The notes under the pieces are model-generated. The model did not search any database. It was not told where the DNA came from and worked only from the letters and a program-made list of their open reading frames with translations. From assembly GCA_963717365.1 (NCBI GenBank), contig OY970327.1, forward strand, positions 991,752 to 1,055,751: DNA of 64,000 nt, written 5' to 3'. Both the position numbers and the translations under genes were made by a program. Numbering within the stretch: position 1 is the first letter of the stretch; each line of letters begins with the position of its first letter. Source of the DNA: Candidatus Saccharimonadia bacterium. Lineage in GTDB: Bacteria > Patescibacteriota > Saccharimonadia > Saccharimonadales > 2-12-FULL-41-12. This document shows positions 19,783-28,991 of this stretch, piece by piece.

Positions 19783-20178
19783 TTAAGAATTATCAACGTC
19801 TGTTACATGTAGCTCGCTGACTGTTTCCGGCGGAGTGACAATTTTTTCAACTATGCTATATCCAGACTCTTTACAAATGACATTTTCAACTTCAGTTACC
19901 TCATGCCCCGGAATTACCGTAAAGTGGTCGCGCTGCTTGTGAATCCGAGTATATTCATAATGATTGATTAAAAGGCGCTCTGCACAGTTTTCATCTGAAC
20001 ATTCGCAGTAAAAATAAAGCGGCGGATCTTCTGGTTTAGGTGTAATTATATATTGCGGCTGGTTATCCTCGGTGGCTACTTGATTAGTTTCATCAATGCC
20101 TTTTTGCAGTTGTTCGTTCAGTTGCCGAAAGACAACCTCATTCTCTGCCAAGCGCCGCTCTGATGGCTTTTGTGTCAT
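19783..20178 (-). CDS. Hypothetical protein with CxC...C cluster
   Basis: 131 aa. YFYCECSDENCAERL. No family recognised. Confidence 0.45.
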   Translation of the reverse strand: MTQKPSERRLAENEVVFRQLNEQLQKGIDETNQVATEDNQPQYIITPKPEDPPLYFYCECSDENCAERLLINHYEYTRIHKQRDHFTVIPGHEVTEVENVICKESGYSIVEKIVTPPETVSELHVTDVDNS

Positions 20179-20239
20179 GGCTATATAGTAGCATTATTAC
20201 AAGTTCACTGGCTCTCCTGTGACTCAAGGACTAGAAAAT

Positions 20240-21349
20240 TCACCTGGCAATTTGCAGAAGGGCAGAAAGGGCAGCCCCGTCTAAGCAGGCATTTGGACTG
20301 TAATCTTTAGTCATGAGCAGACGCGACTTTTGTCCTAAGGTATGTTCTAGTATCTGTTGGATTCTTTCCCCGTATTCTGGAAACTTAAAGGCGCCGCCGT
20401 GGCCAACTACAACTGTCGCCCGAGATTTCAAATCAAAGTTAAATGAATTGGCAACGCCCTGCGCAGTGTGTGCTACTAGTACAGCCGAATCGTTGTATAG
20501 GTGCGTCACTCGATCGTCGCCCGTTTTGTACAGGTCTTCAAGTTGCTTTCCTGTAAGTGCTTCGCCGGTATTACGTAACCATATATCTTCAATCCCGGCT
20601 TTACTCCCAGCAATATTCTCGATACAGGTATACTCATTACCTAAAAATCCACAGACTTTCTGCTGCTCTTCAGGATTGAGCTTAGGAATTACCGCTATAT
20701 GACCTGGTTCGGCGGCATACAGTTCATTACCATATCCAGCAAGAGCAGCCCCGCCTAGTCCGCTACCGTTAATAATATAGATCACATTGGTAGTTCGCGG
20801 TTCTTCTCTTTTTGCCTGGATCGTGCCGCTGATCAATCCTGATACGGCATCATTTCTGACAACTGCAAGAGTTGGAAATAAATTAGCAAAGTCATTATCG
20901 TAAATAGCATTAAGTTCGGACAAAAAGATTTGTACATTTTGGCCAGCCACAGGAGATGAGTCTACGATCGGCCCGGCATAAGAAATACCTACCGGGAAGC
21001 CGTGCCCAGTTGCGTAGTGAGAGATTTCCTCAAGCATAGACAAATAGCCTACCCCGTCTGTACTTTTTAGTTCATTTTTTTCTTGCTCATCAAAAACTAG
21101 TCTATCGCCAGATAGCCAGGCAAGCCCGGAAACTACTGTATCTCCACCAATATCCACACAAACTATCGGTTCTTCCTGCAGTTTTTTAAGTGCTAACATC
21201 ACGAGGGCTTCTTCTGGATCAAAATTCATGACAGGTGTCGCTCGTATGCTTTCCATCGTAAACTTGGCTAGTTGCGCGGAATATAAAGGCGGCACATCAA
21301 ATCGTGTAAGGGGAATAATTAACTCGGGTTCACGCTCGTAACTATGCAT
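20240..21349 (-). CDS. ROK-family / glucokinase-like sugar kinase (ASKHA fold)
   Basis: VCVDIGGDTVVSG, RNDAVSG, INGSGLGGAAL and EPGHIAV...VCGFLGNEYTCIEN (ROK Zn-motif-like). Confidence 0.6.
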   Translation of the reverse strand: MHSYEREPELIIPLTRFDVPPLYSAQLAKFTMESIRATPVMNFDPEEALVMLALKKLQEEPIVCVDIGGDTVVSGLAWLSGDRLVFDEQEKNELKSTDGVGYLSMLEEISHYATGHGFPVGISYAGPIVDSSPVAGQNVQIFLSELNAIYDNDFANLFPTLAVVRNDAVSGLISGTIQAKREEPRTTNVIYIINGSGLGGAALAGYGNELYAAEPGHIAVIPKLNPEEQQKVCGFLGNEYTCIENIAGSKAGIEDIWLRNTGEALTGKQLEDLYKTGDDRVTHLYNDSAVLVAHTAQGVANSFNFDLKSRATVVVGHGGAFKFPEYGERIQQILEHTLGQKSRLLMTKDYSPNACLDGAALSALLQIAR

Positions 21350-21445
21350 GCTATTAATTACAGATCAAGGTGGACAAAAAGTCAAATCGTCGGTAGAAAC
21401 GGTTAAACAAATATATTGATGCACAAGTAAGCTATACTACAAACA

Positions 21446-22360
21446 ATGATTAAGGCCGAACACCTCAAGAAACAATATAAGAAAAAAGTAGCTGTCGACA
21501 ATATTTCATTTGAAGTTGCCACCGGTAAAGTAACTGGCTTTCTGGGACCTAACGGCGCCGGTAAATCTACTACCATGCGACTGATGCTAGGCTTAGATAA
21601 CGGCAGCGGTAACACAACTTTTGACGGCAAACCGCTGCATGACTATGCCCGGCTGTCTGGGGTAGTCGGCATTCTACTTGAAGCAAAAGCATTTCATCCA
21701 ACTCGTTCGGCCCGCAATCACTTGCGTATTTTAGCGGCGGCTGGCGGCGTACCAAATTCTCGGGTAGACGAAGTACTTAGCATCGTTGGCCTGTCAGAGG
21801 TTGCCAAGAAAAAACCTGGGAAATTCTCATTGGGGATGAGCCAGCGACTAGGGATAGCAGCTGCCATACTGGGACAGCCAAAATATTTGATCCTAGATGA
21901 ACCAGCCAATGGGCTTGATCCTGAAGGTATAGCCTGGCTCAGGCAATTCCTTGAGCATTATGCCGACCAAGGCAATACGGTATTCGTATCAAGTCACTTA
22001 CTGAGTGAAATGGCATTGATGGCTGATAACGTGGTGGTAATAGGCAAGGGCAAACTCATAGCTGATACCTCTATAAGCGCTCTGGTATCGGGCAGTGCGC
22101 ATTCTGGTGTTTTTGTGCGCAGCGGCAAATTATCCCAATTGGAACGACTTATTAAGCAGCATGACCTGGTGTATCAAAAAGTAAACGACGGCCTAAAAAT
22201 AAGTGGTGCTAGTACCGACAAAGTTGGTAAATGGGCCTTCGAAAGTGGTATTCCAATTCTTGAACTAACTAATCAAAGTGCCTCACTGGAAGATGTTTTC
22301 TTAGAAATCACCGAAGGTGAAGAAGAATACCGTGCTCAAACTACAAAAGGAAAGAAATAA
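21446..22360 (+). CDS. ABC transporter ATP-binding protein
   Basis: GPNGAGKST, FSLGMSQRL and LILDEPANGLD. TATACT at 21433-21438 lies 7 nt before the ATG. Confidence 0.9.
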   Translation: MIKAEHLKKQYKKKVAVDNISFEVATGKVTGFLGPNGAGKSTTMRLMLGLDNGSGNTTFDGKPLHDYARLSGVVGILLEAKAFHPTRSARNHLRILAAAGGVPNSRVDEVLSIVGLSEVAKKKPGKFSLGMSQRLGIAAAILGQPKYLILDEPANGLDPEGIAWLRQFLEHYADQGNTVFVSSHLLSEMALMADNVVVIGKGKLIADTSISALVSGSAHSGVFVRSGKLSQLERLIKQHDLVYQKVNDGLKISGASTDKVGKWAFESGIPILELTNQSASLEDVFLEITEGEEEYRAQTTKGKK

Positions 22361-22362
22361 TC

Positions 22363-23115
22363 ATGGGCGCCACTATTAAAGCTGAATTCCTCAAACTTTT
22401 CACCATCCGTTCAACCTATATCATGATTATTTTATCGATTATTTTAATCACCGTATTCGCGTTTTACTTTGAAGGCTACAAAGGCAATACCGGCTCGCCT
22501 GCTTCGACACTAGCCCCAGAGGCGTTGCAAGAAATAGTTTCAAATTCTGCCGGACTAACGGTAACATTCGCCAGTATTATATCCATATTATTCATGGCTC
22601 ACGAGTATCGTTATAACACCATTATGTATACCTTAACTTCCAATGTCAGACGGGGTAGGGTGTTGTTTGCTAAAGTTGCTACCATCATTCTTTTTAGCAT
22701 CGGCTACGGACTGCTGGCTGTAGGACTAGCAATCGGCTGTTATATGGCCGGCTTATCATTACGTGATGCCACCTTGCCACCTCAGAGTTTTGAAGTGTTG
22801 GAGCATGTTGGAAAAGTAGTCTTTTACTTCATGGGTTACGCCTTGATTGGCTTGCTGCTAGCAATGCTGACCCGAAGCGTGGTAATGGCAATTGGAACGC
22901 TGTTAATCTTTCCAATTACCTTCGAGCCACTACTCAGCATAATCCTTAAAGAAGATGCTAAATACTTGCCGTTTACTGCGCTGGATAGCACCGTAGGGGC
23001 GTCAATGATGCCCAATGTACTACCGCCAGGCGATGCCATAACGGTTACTTGCGCCTACCTGGCGGCAATCATGTTAGTTACTTGGCTGCTTTTTGTCCGC
23101 CGCGACGCAAACTAA
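22363..23115 (+). CDS. ABC-2 family permease
   Basis: 250 aa with 6 hydrophobic segments. Starts 3 nt after the ATPase stop. Confidence 0.7.
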   Translation: MGATIKAEFLKLFTIRSTYIMIILSIILITVFAFYFEGYKGNTGSPASTLAPEALQEIVSNSAGLTVTFASIISILFMAHEYRYNTIMYTLTSNVRRGRVLFAKVATIILFSIGYGLLAVGLAIGCYMAGLSLRDATLPPQSFEVLEHVGKVVFYFMGYALIGLLLAMLTRSVVMAIGTLLIFPITFEPLLSIILKEDAKYLPFTALDSTVGASMMPNVLPPGDAITVTCAYLAAIMLVTWLLFVRRDAN

Positions 23116-23162
23116 AATTTATTACGCATTAAATACATAACTCATATGCTTAAATAATAGGC

Positions 23163-23669
23163 ATGGCAAATTATCGTGGGCATATCGTAGGAGGACTAGC
23201 TGCCGGTGCTGTCTATGCCACGCTGCTGGCTAAAGTGCCGATTGAGCGTTTCGCGGAAAGCGCCGGCTTGCTGGAAGACTGGCAGCCATTGGCCGCATTG
23301 TTTGTACTTAGCATGTTGTTCGCGCTGTTTCCCGATGTTGATACCAACAGCAAAGGTCAGGATATATTCATCGGTTTGGCTTTCACGGTTGATGTGCTGC
23401 TAATTGTCGGCGGCAGTTATCAGGCCGCTGCCTATTTGGGGCTTATCGCTATGCTGCCAATTATCACCCATCACCGCGGCTGGACCCACAGTAAATTCGC
23501 CATGATTCTAGTGCCACTACCACTGTTACTGATACCTTATACTCATAATGACAAAGTACTGCCAATATCGATTGTCTTGTACGGCGCGGCGGTCGCCGGC
23601 TACTTTAGCCATTTACTGTTGGATGGGCTGATCTGGAAGCGGATCCGTGTGAAGGGCGGCCGCAGATAG
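23163..23669 (+). CDS. Membrane-bound metal-dependent hydrolase (YdjM/DUF457-like)
   Basis: MANYRGH..., LFPDVDT and HHRGWTHS motifs in a polytopic membrane protein. Confidence 0.65.
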   Translation: MANYRGHIVGGLAAGAVYATLLAKVPIERFAESAGLLEDWQPLAALFVLSMLFALFPDVDTNSKGQDIFIGLAFTVDVLLIVGGSYQAAAYLGLIAMLPIITHHRGWTHSKFAMILVPLPLLLIPYTHNDKVLPISIVLYGAAVAGYFSHLLLDGLIWKRIRVKGGRR

Positions 23670-23683
23670 GCCTACTGCCAACT

Positions 23684-24649
23684 TTAGCGGTGAAGTATTT
23701 CGTTAACCGTCGCTGCAACACGGTACGGGTTGAACTGCTCGTCGTTGTGAGTGGCATGAGGTTTGGCGGAACTAGGATCGAAACGCTGCCCATTCTTCTG
23801 CTTAATAGGGATCTCCCAAGATGCACCCGCTTGAGTTACCTTATTTACGGTTGATTCGAGAACTTTGTCGCTATAAAGCTTATCCTCGGCGTAACTTACA
23901 ATAGCTAAGCTAGCAATTTTACTTTTTAGCAAGCGCTTATAATCAACTTGGTTTTTAGCCAGGTGGCGAACTTCACGCAGTGTTCGTGGGATATTGGCAG
24001 TAAAGTTCTTGACGCCTGCCTTTAACATTTCAGGTGAATCAGGGAAATCTTTCGGATTGTCTTTTCCTTCGGATTTAGCGACAGCCAAGAAGCGTTTGCC
24101 AATAGTACGAATTTTTTCTTTACTAAATCCGGCTGGAGCTAGCATTATAACGTTGGCATCGTCAAAATAGGTCTTACCTTGATCGGCGGCAATCTCCTGC
24201 ATTTTATCAAAAATAAGGCTGCCATAACTGTGGGTAACGATGTCTACGTTTTCTATGCCCTCGGCTTCTATAACAGCGAGGTAATTCATAGCCTGCGAAT
24301 ATGTCGCATCCTTTTTATTCGTGCTATCTTTGAGAATTTTTTTACGATTCTGGTCAGGCATAATTACATCGTTGCCCAACCCAGCGAGTTCTGCCGCAAA
24401 TGGTGCTTTTGAAACAATTCCTTCGGTAAAACCAGGGATATACAAAACTGGCTTTTCGCCGGCGCCTTCATTCAGGCGTACGTAAGGCAGTTGCTCTCCT
24501 GATGAATCGGGGATTTCAGCGTATCGCCAGTTGTGGGCTATTTCATCAGCGATTATATCGCCATGACGATCACGAAGCTGAGTTTCATATTCAGCACTAA
24601 TAAAAGTGGGTTCTTGTTGGTGAGTTAATTGTTCTTTTGTTTTTGACAT
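23684..24649 (-). CDS. Alpha/beta-hydrolase-like protein (module copy 1)
   Basis: PVLYIPGFTEG... and nucleophile elbow VTHSYGS. The track start 24688 overlaps a consensus promoter, so ATG 24649 (MSKTKEQL) is preferred. Confidence 0.6.
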   Translation of the reverse strand: MSKTKEQLTHQQEPTFISAEYETQLRDRHGDIIADEIAHNWRYAEIPDSSGEQLPYVRLNEGAGEKPVLYIPGFTEGIVSKAPFAAELAGLGNDVIMPDQNRKKILKDSTNKKDATYSQAMNYLAVIEAEGIENVDIVTHSYGSLIFDKMQEIAADQGKTYFDDANVIMLAPAGFSKEKIRTIGKRFLAVAKSEGKDNPKDFPDSPEMLKAGVKNFTANIPRTLREVRHLAKNQVDYKRLLKSKIASLAIVSYAEDKLYSDKVLESTVNKVTQAGASWEIPIKQKNGQRFDPSSAKPHATHNDEQFNPYRVAATVNEILHR

Positions 24650-24659
24650 TTCAGTACAC

Positions 24660-24688
24660 ATATTATCATGTATATGATAAAAAGTCAA
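24660..24688 (-). promoter_or_regulatory. Sigma70-like promoter for the hydrolase gene
   Basis: On the minus strand: TTGACT (24688-24683), a 17-nt spacer, then TAATAT (24665-24660). The ATG lies 10 nt downstream. Confidence 0.5.
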
Positions 24689-24812
24689 GTATATTGATTT
24701 AAATCTATAAACTATTACACGGTCAAGGTAGTGCCCATACTTGTGTATTGTTGATAAATAATGTATTATGTCATCAAATTATTTATATGCAACTCACGTT
24801 GTAGGAGTATAC

Positions 24813-25577
24813 GTGTTACAACCGGTTATTCGGATTGAAAATGAGCGACTTGAAACGCCTTTGGTTGAGTTCCATAACCCTTTAACAGGGAGCAATATTG
24901 GAGTGGTGGGCATGATTCACGTGGCAAAACGACCCTACTATAAGTTTATTAGTGACTATACTGCTATTCAGCAAGAGCGGGGGGCTACCGTACATTTCGA
25001 AAGAGTCCGTTTATCTAACGCTGAGGAGCTAGGGTTAGTAGAGCCTGAAATCTCCCAAAGTGTTAGACGGTTTCGCGCCGCCATTACCCGAGTACCTGAA
25101 GTTATGGCAGTATCGTTAAATTTAACGAGTCAACGTGAAGGCATAGATTATCAACCAGAATGGCAAAATCATGACAGTAGTGACTTGGAACTAGTCAGTA
25201 TGCTAGGCCATTCAGCAGTTAACCGCGTCGCTGCAATTAACCGTGTTGTAAGTATGCTAGATTGTGTCGTCCCGCTGCAATACAAGCGCCGGGCGCTTAA
25301 CCTTGGGTTTCAACTATTGTCACAGATTGATCTAGAACAGGCAAAAAAGACCAAAGCTAAACAACATTTTGACTCTGTAGTGATTGATCATAGAAATAAT
25401 ATTGCGCTTGCCGCGGTGGAGAAACTGTTAACAGACCAGCCTGATAGTAATATTGTTATGCTGTGGGGCTCGGCGCATCTCCCCGGTATTGGGGCGGGTT
25501 TACAGAAACTGGGTTACGCGGCTACCCGCAGATTTTGGCTGCCGGCATTTTCTACTGCTAATGTAATTAAAAGCTAA
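24813..25577 (+). CDS. TIKI/TraB/GumN-superfamily-like protein (module copy 1)
   Basis: Two GxxH motifs (VVGMIHV, WGSAHLPGIG) plus DHRNN. Clear paralog of 27228..27986. GTG 24813 has AGGAG 6 nt upstream and matches the paralog's N-terminus; the track start is ATG 24768. Confidence 0.5.
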   Translation: MLQPVIRIENERLETPLVEFHNPLTGSNIGVVGMIHVAKRPYYKFISDYTAIQQERGATVHFERVRLSNAEELGLVEPEISQSVRRFRAAITRVPEVMAVSLNLTSQREGIDYQPEWQNHDSSDLELVSMLGHSAVNRVAAINRVVSMLDCVVPLQYKRRALNLGFQLLSQIDLEQAKKTKAKQHFDSVVIDHRNNIALAAVEKLLTDQPDSNIVMLWGSAHLPGIGAGLQKLGYAATRRFWLPAFSTANVIKS

Positions 25578-25817
25578 CAGTTAAGAAATAATATTCAAAC
25601 TATCTATTGCTTTATTAGCAAATTAATTATAATATATGACTAATCGTTGAGATAAGATGATTCTTAACTCCGAGGTACTTTGACAAGCAAACACAAGGTG
25701 AGGGTTAAGGGCATACGTAATTATGCTTTTGTTCTTCATCTTGTGTGACTCCAATGAGAAACATAGCCAAGCCATGCTTGGGCGACATTAGTCTAGTCGC
25801 GTGGAGGGAAAGCAGTC

Positions 25818-26132
25818 ATGTTCTCACGTATTCGTTCGAAGGTCGCCGATGAGTCGGGTTTTCTGCTGGTCGGTGGCTTCCTGGGCCTGGTGCTCTACGT
25901 CGTGGTCTTCCTGGTGTTCATCAACAACTGGGCGGCAAGTCCTGTGCCGGGCGGCAACGACAACTTCATCTACGGGCTACTCCAGGGCATCTTCGCCGCA
26001 CCTGCCTTCATCGTCAGTCTCTTTGACCCCAAGATCGCGATCTACCAAGTCGGCAACATCGGCGGCTGGTACGACTTCGGCTTCCTCGTCGGCATCGGCG
26101 CGATCTTCGGCGGCGCAAGCAACGCAAGCTGA
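25818..26132 (+). CDS. Small polytopic membrane protein encoded by anomalously GC-rich DNA
   Basis: 104 aa with 3 hydrophobic segments. GGAGGG (25803-25808) lies 9 nt upstream. About four of five codons end in G/C by hand count. Overlapping alternative frames are judged artefacts of the GC content. Confidence 0.65.
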   Translation: MFSRIRSKVADESGFLLVGGFLGLVLYVVVFLVFINNWAASPVPGGNDNFIYGLLQGIFAAPAFIVSLFDPKIAIYQVGNIGGWYDFGFLVGIGAIFGGASNAS

Positions 26133-26367
26133 GCGGCGCAAGCCACGGCCTGAATTAGCAGAGTGAAAAGTGATAAGTGGATTGCCAGCCAAATAGATGG
26201 TAACTACGTGTTACTGCTCTACCCCCTATTTCTCTTGTAGCCTGCTTGTCATTTTTCACTTCATAAATGCGTGTTTATGCTGATGAGTCCAAAAGGACGA
26301 AAGTGGAACAGTCAGTTTCTCCTTTTTATGCATAAAATATGCTGTGCCAAGAAACTGCAATTTAGAA

Positions 26368-27105
26368 CTACACATTGTCGTACAACCAGGCTTTGCCGAC
26401 GGTTGCGTAGTGGCCGAGTCTAGTATATCTAATGGTAGGATTGATATCGGCTGCGCGGGTGACGTCTACGAGTTCTCTTTGGTATCGTGACGGGATTAGC
26501 TCATCTGTCAATGACGCAATCATAGTAACTTCTTTTCCAACGAGCGCATCTAGATGATTTATTGGAGCCATATCATACCAAGCAGCTTCGACATCGGCTA
26601 AATCATAACCTTTTTGCTCGATACCGGTTCTAATATGTTGGGTTCTTGACCCATGCCACATGCTTTTAGCAAGACTACTGCCTGAAACAAATATGGTAGC
26701 ACTATCAAAGTCTGTAAATCTGCCGCTTACAGCCGCGAAGGCGGCGTTCCCCAGACTAGTTGCGATAAGGTTTATTCTTAAGTAGTCATTAGACTTCCTA
26801 ATGGTCTCAAGGTCATCTGCGATAGTTTCTTTGGCGTAGGCATAAGACTCTGCCACCAGATCGACATCAGGTTTGAGTATTTCATCATGGAAATAGTAGG
26901 CGAGTACAGCATTTCCTTTATTGGTCAGTCTCTTTATTAATTTTTCATATGGAACGCCACCCCCATGCCACGGTGGGAACAATACGGATAAATTTTGTCC
27001 CTCGGAATTTACCAACTTACGATCGGTGATGGCTTGGTCTGGAGTATATTCCTGAGAGAAAATATCTCCCTGTAGTCTATTTCTGACCATAAATTTGTCG
27101 AGCAT
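26368..27105 (-). CDS. Alpha/beta-hydrolase-like protein (module copy 2)
   Basis: 245 aa. LFPPWHGGG, nucleophile-elbow-like IATSLGN, and a late LGHY. Confidence 0.5.
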   Translation of the reverse strand: MLDKFMVRNRLQGDIFSQEYTPDQAITDRKLVNSEGQNLSVLFPPWHGGGVPYEKLIKRLTNKGNAVLAYYFHDEILKPDVDLVAESYAYAKETIADDLETIRKSNDYLRINLIATSLGNAAFAAVSGRFTDFDSATIFVSGSSLAKSMWHGSRTQHIRTGIEQKGYDLADVEAAWYDMAPINHLDALVGKEVTMIASLTDELIPSRYQRELVDVTRAADINPTIRYTRLGHYATVGKAWLYDNV

Positions 27106-27227
27106 AAGTAAAGGAAATTATATCATATTATCTTATATAATGCTAGTAACGTCAATTGCGGTACTTACTCTGGTCGTATCATTTTGTATATTTTGTAACA
27201 GCGTCAAATATCTGCTATATTAACAAA

Positions 27228-27986
27228 ATGAGAAATACAATTAATCGTGTGGTTGACGGGGTATTTCAGACGCCGTTATGTGAATTTGATCATCCGGCAA
27301 CAGGCAGTAGTATTGGTTTTGCGGGGATGGTTCACATCGGTGATCCACAATATTTTGATGTAGTTGAGGATTATGTAACACGAAGAGAAGTAGCCGGATC
27401 TTTAGTGCATTATGAAAGAATGATGCCGCCTACGGCTGAAGAGTTAGTAGAATCAGGTTTAGATCCAGCACTGGTCGAACGTTTTGGGACGGGGGTTGAG
27501 GGGACTTTTAACTTCTTGGGAAAAAGACTTGGATTACGTTTTCAGCTTGACAGTATGCAATACGGTGAAGCTTGGGAAAATCATGATATTCCAAGATTAG
27601 AGTTGATGCGACTCCTCGGCGCTAAAGGTGTAGAACGGTTTACCGAAAAAGGCGAAAAACTCGTAGACCTAGAAGATAAGATCGGCTCTGATCTGACTCT
27701 AAAGATTATGTCAGGTACTTTACGCCATATATCTCTTGTAAGTATGTTGAGCAAACTATCTCCTAAAAATCGGCGTGAAGATCGGATAGTAACCGACCGA
27801 CGTAACGAGGTCGCCCTTTTGGCTATTGATGAAGCCCTGCGACGAGAGCCAGAACGTGACATCACATTACTATGGGGCGCAATGCATCTTCCGGGCATTG
27901 GCAAAGGCCTACGTCAACGGGGTTACAAACTGAATAGTACTCAGTGGCTAAATGCCTTTACCCTGCCTGCTAAGGTTCGTAAGTAA
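27228..27986 (+). CDS. TIKI/TraB/GumN-superfamily-like protein (module copy 2)
   Basis: FAGMVHIG, TDRRNE and LWGAMHLPGIG. The track start 27156 is TTG; ATG 27228 aligns with the paralog. Confidence 0.5.
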   Translation: MRNTINRVVDGVFQTPLCEFDHPATGSSIGFAGMVHIGDPQYFDVVEDYVTRREVAGSLVHYERMMPPTAEELVESGLDPALVERFGTGVEGTFNFLGKRLGLRFQLDSMQYGEAWENHDIPRLELMRLLGAKGVERFTEKGEKLVDLEDKIGSDLTLKIMSGTLRHISLVSMLSKLSPKNRREDRIVTDRRNEVALLAIDEALRREPERDITLLWGAMHLPGIGKGLRQRGYKLNSTQWLNAFTLPAKVRK

Positions 27987-28182
27987 CTAAGCTGTTGAGG
28001 ATTTTGGAGTTATGTAAATAGTAACGTATGAAATCCAGAATTGTAGGAGCAAGTTTGATGGAGTGGAATCGCATCAAGGCTGAATTTATAGGTATCTGGG
28101 AGATTTTCAGAGAGATAAGCACCGCGTCTGGCGTACAGCTAGGTGAGTTGCATTGAACCGTGGGTTATAATTCTCTTTGATC

Positions 28183-28752
28183 ATGGCAAAAGCTAACTTA
28201 AGAGATTTTGATTACCAAAAAGTAGGCAAGCTAGATGCTGACATGTGGCGAGCCTATTACAACCACAAGTTTCTTAGTCTATTCAAGCTATTATTTTTGC
28301 TGATAAAGCAGCAACTAGGTCTGAATTGGTTGACTACGCTCCGGCTAGCTTATTATTCGGCATGGGCAGCTGCCGATTATCGCATCAACAGAAAAAATGT
28401 TAATCGTACTCGGGTGCTCAAAAACATAACAAAATTTTATAAATTGATTTCTGACAATGCTACCGAAGCGTTTAATTTCAACAAAACTGCTGAACTGGAA
28501 TTGGAGTGGTGGGATATACATCGGGGTTCTAAAGAAAATAACGAAGAACTTGAACTGTCTATTGCTGCTGCGGCAGCTGTAATATACAATCTAAACCCGG
28601 CCCTTCTCAAGGAATATGCAAATTATCGAGCTGAAGCAATGATTCTGCCAAGGCATCAAGCCAACAGTGACCATAATAGAACCGACTGGGTAAAAATCCA
28701 AGAAATGACAATTAAGTCATGGGGTGCCTTACACGCGGCTGTACAGAAATAG
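28183..28752 (+). CDS. Hypothetical helical protein
   Basis: 189 aa from ATG 28183 (the track start 28177 is TTG). No family recognised. Confidence 0.5.
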   Translation: MAKANLRDFDYQKVGKLDADMWRAYYNHKFLSLFKLLFLLIKQQLGLNWLTTLRLAYYSAWAAADYRINRKNVNRTRVLKNITKFYKLISDNATEAFNFNKTAELELEWWDIHRGSKENNEELELSIAAAAAVIYNLNPALLKEYANYRAEAMILPRHQANSDHNRTDWVKIQEMTIKSWGALHAAVQK

Positions 28753-28991
28753 AAACGGTTCTAAAGAATTCAATGCGGTTAAGTTATTGGTGGACTTGAG
28801 TGGAATGTTTTGGAACCAAGTTTACGGCACACTATCCGAATGGTATAAACTCTTTGGTAATTCAATGTCAGAACGGGCGATAGAAGTACCACAATAAGTT
28901 AGAACCAACAATTTTATTTAACAATAGCGGTAGCTATTATCTTACAGTTAGAGGATACTGAGATTAAATAATTGTTAATAGGAGAAAATCA

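Noticed and set aside
25801-26192. Alternative ORFs 25801..26166 (+, 121 aa) and 25977..26192 (-, 71 aa) over the high-GC segment
   Set aside because: Their translations are Ser/Arg/Ala-rich, typical of off-frame reading of high-GC DNA. The 25818 frame has an SD, a GC3 bias and TM-like segments.
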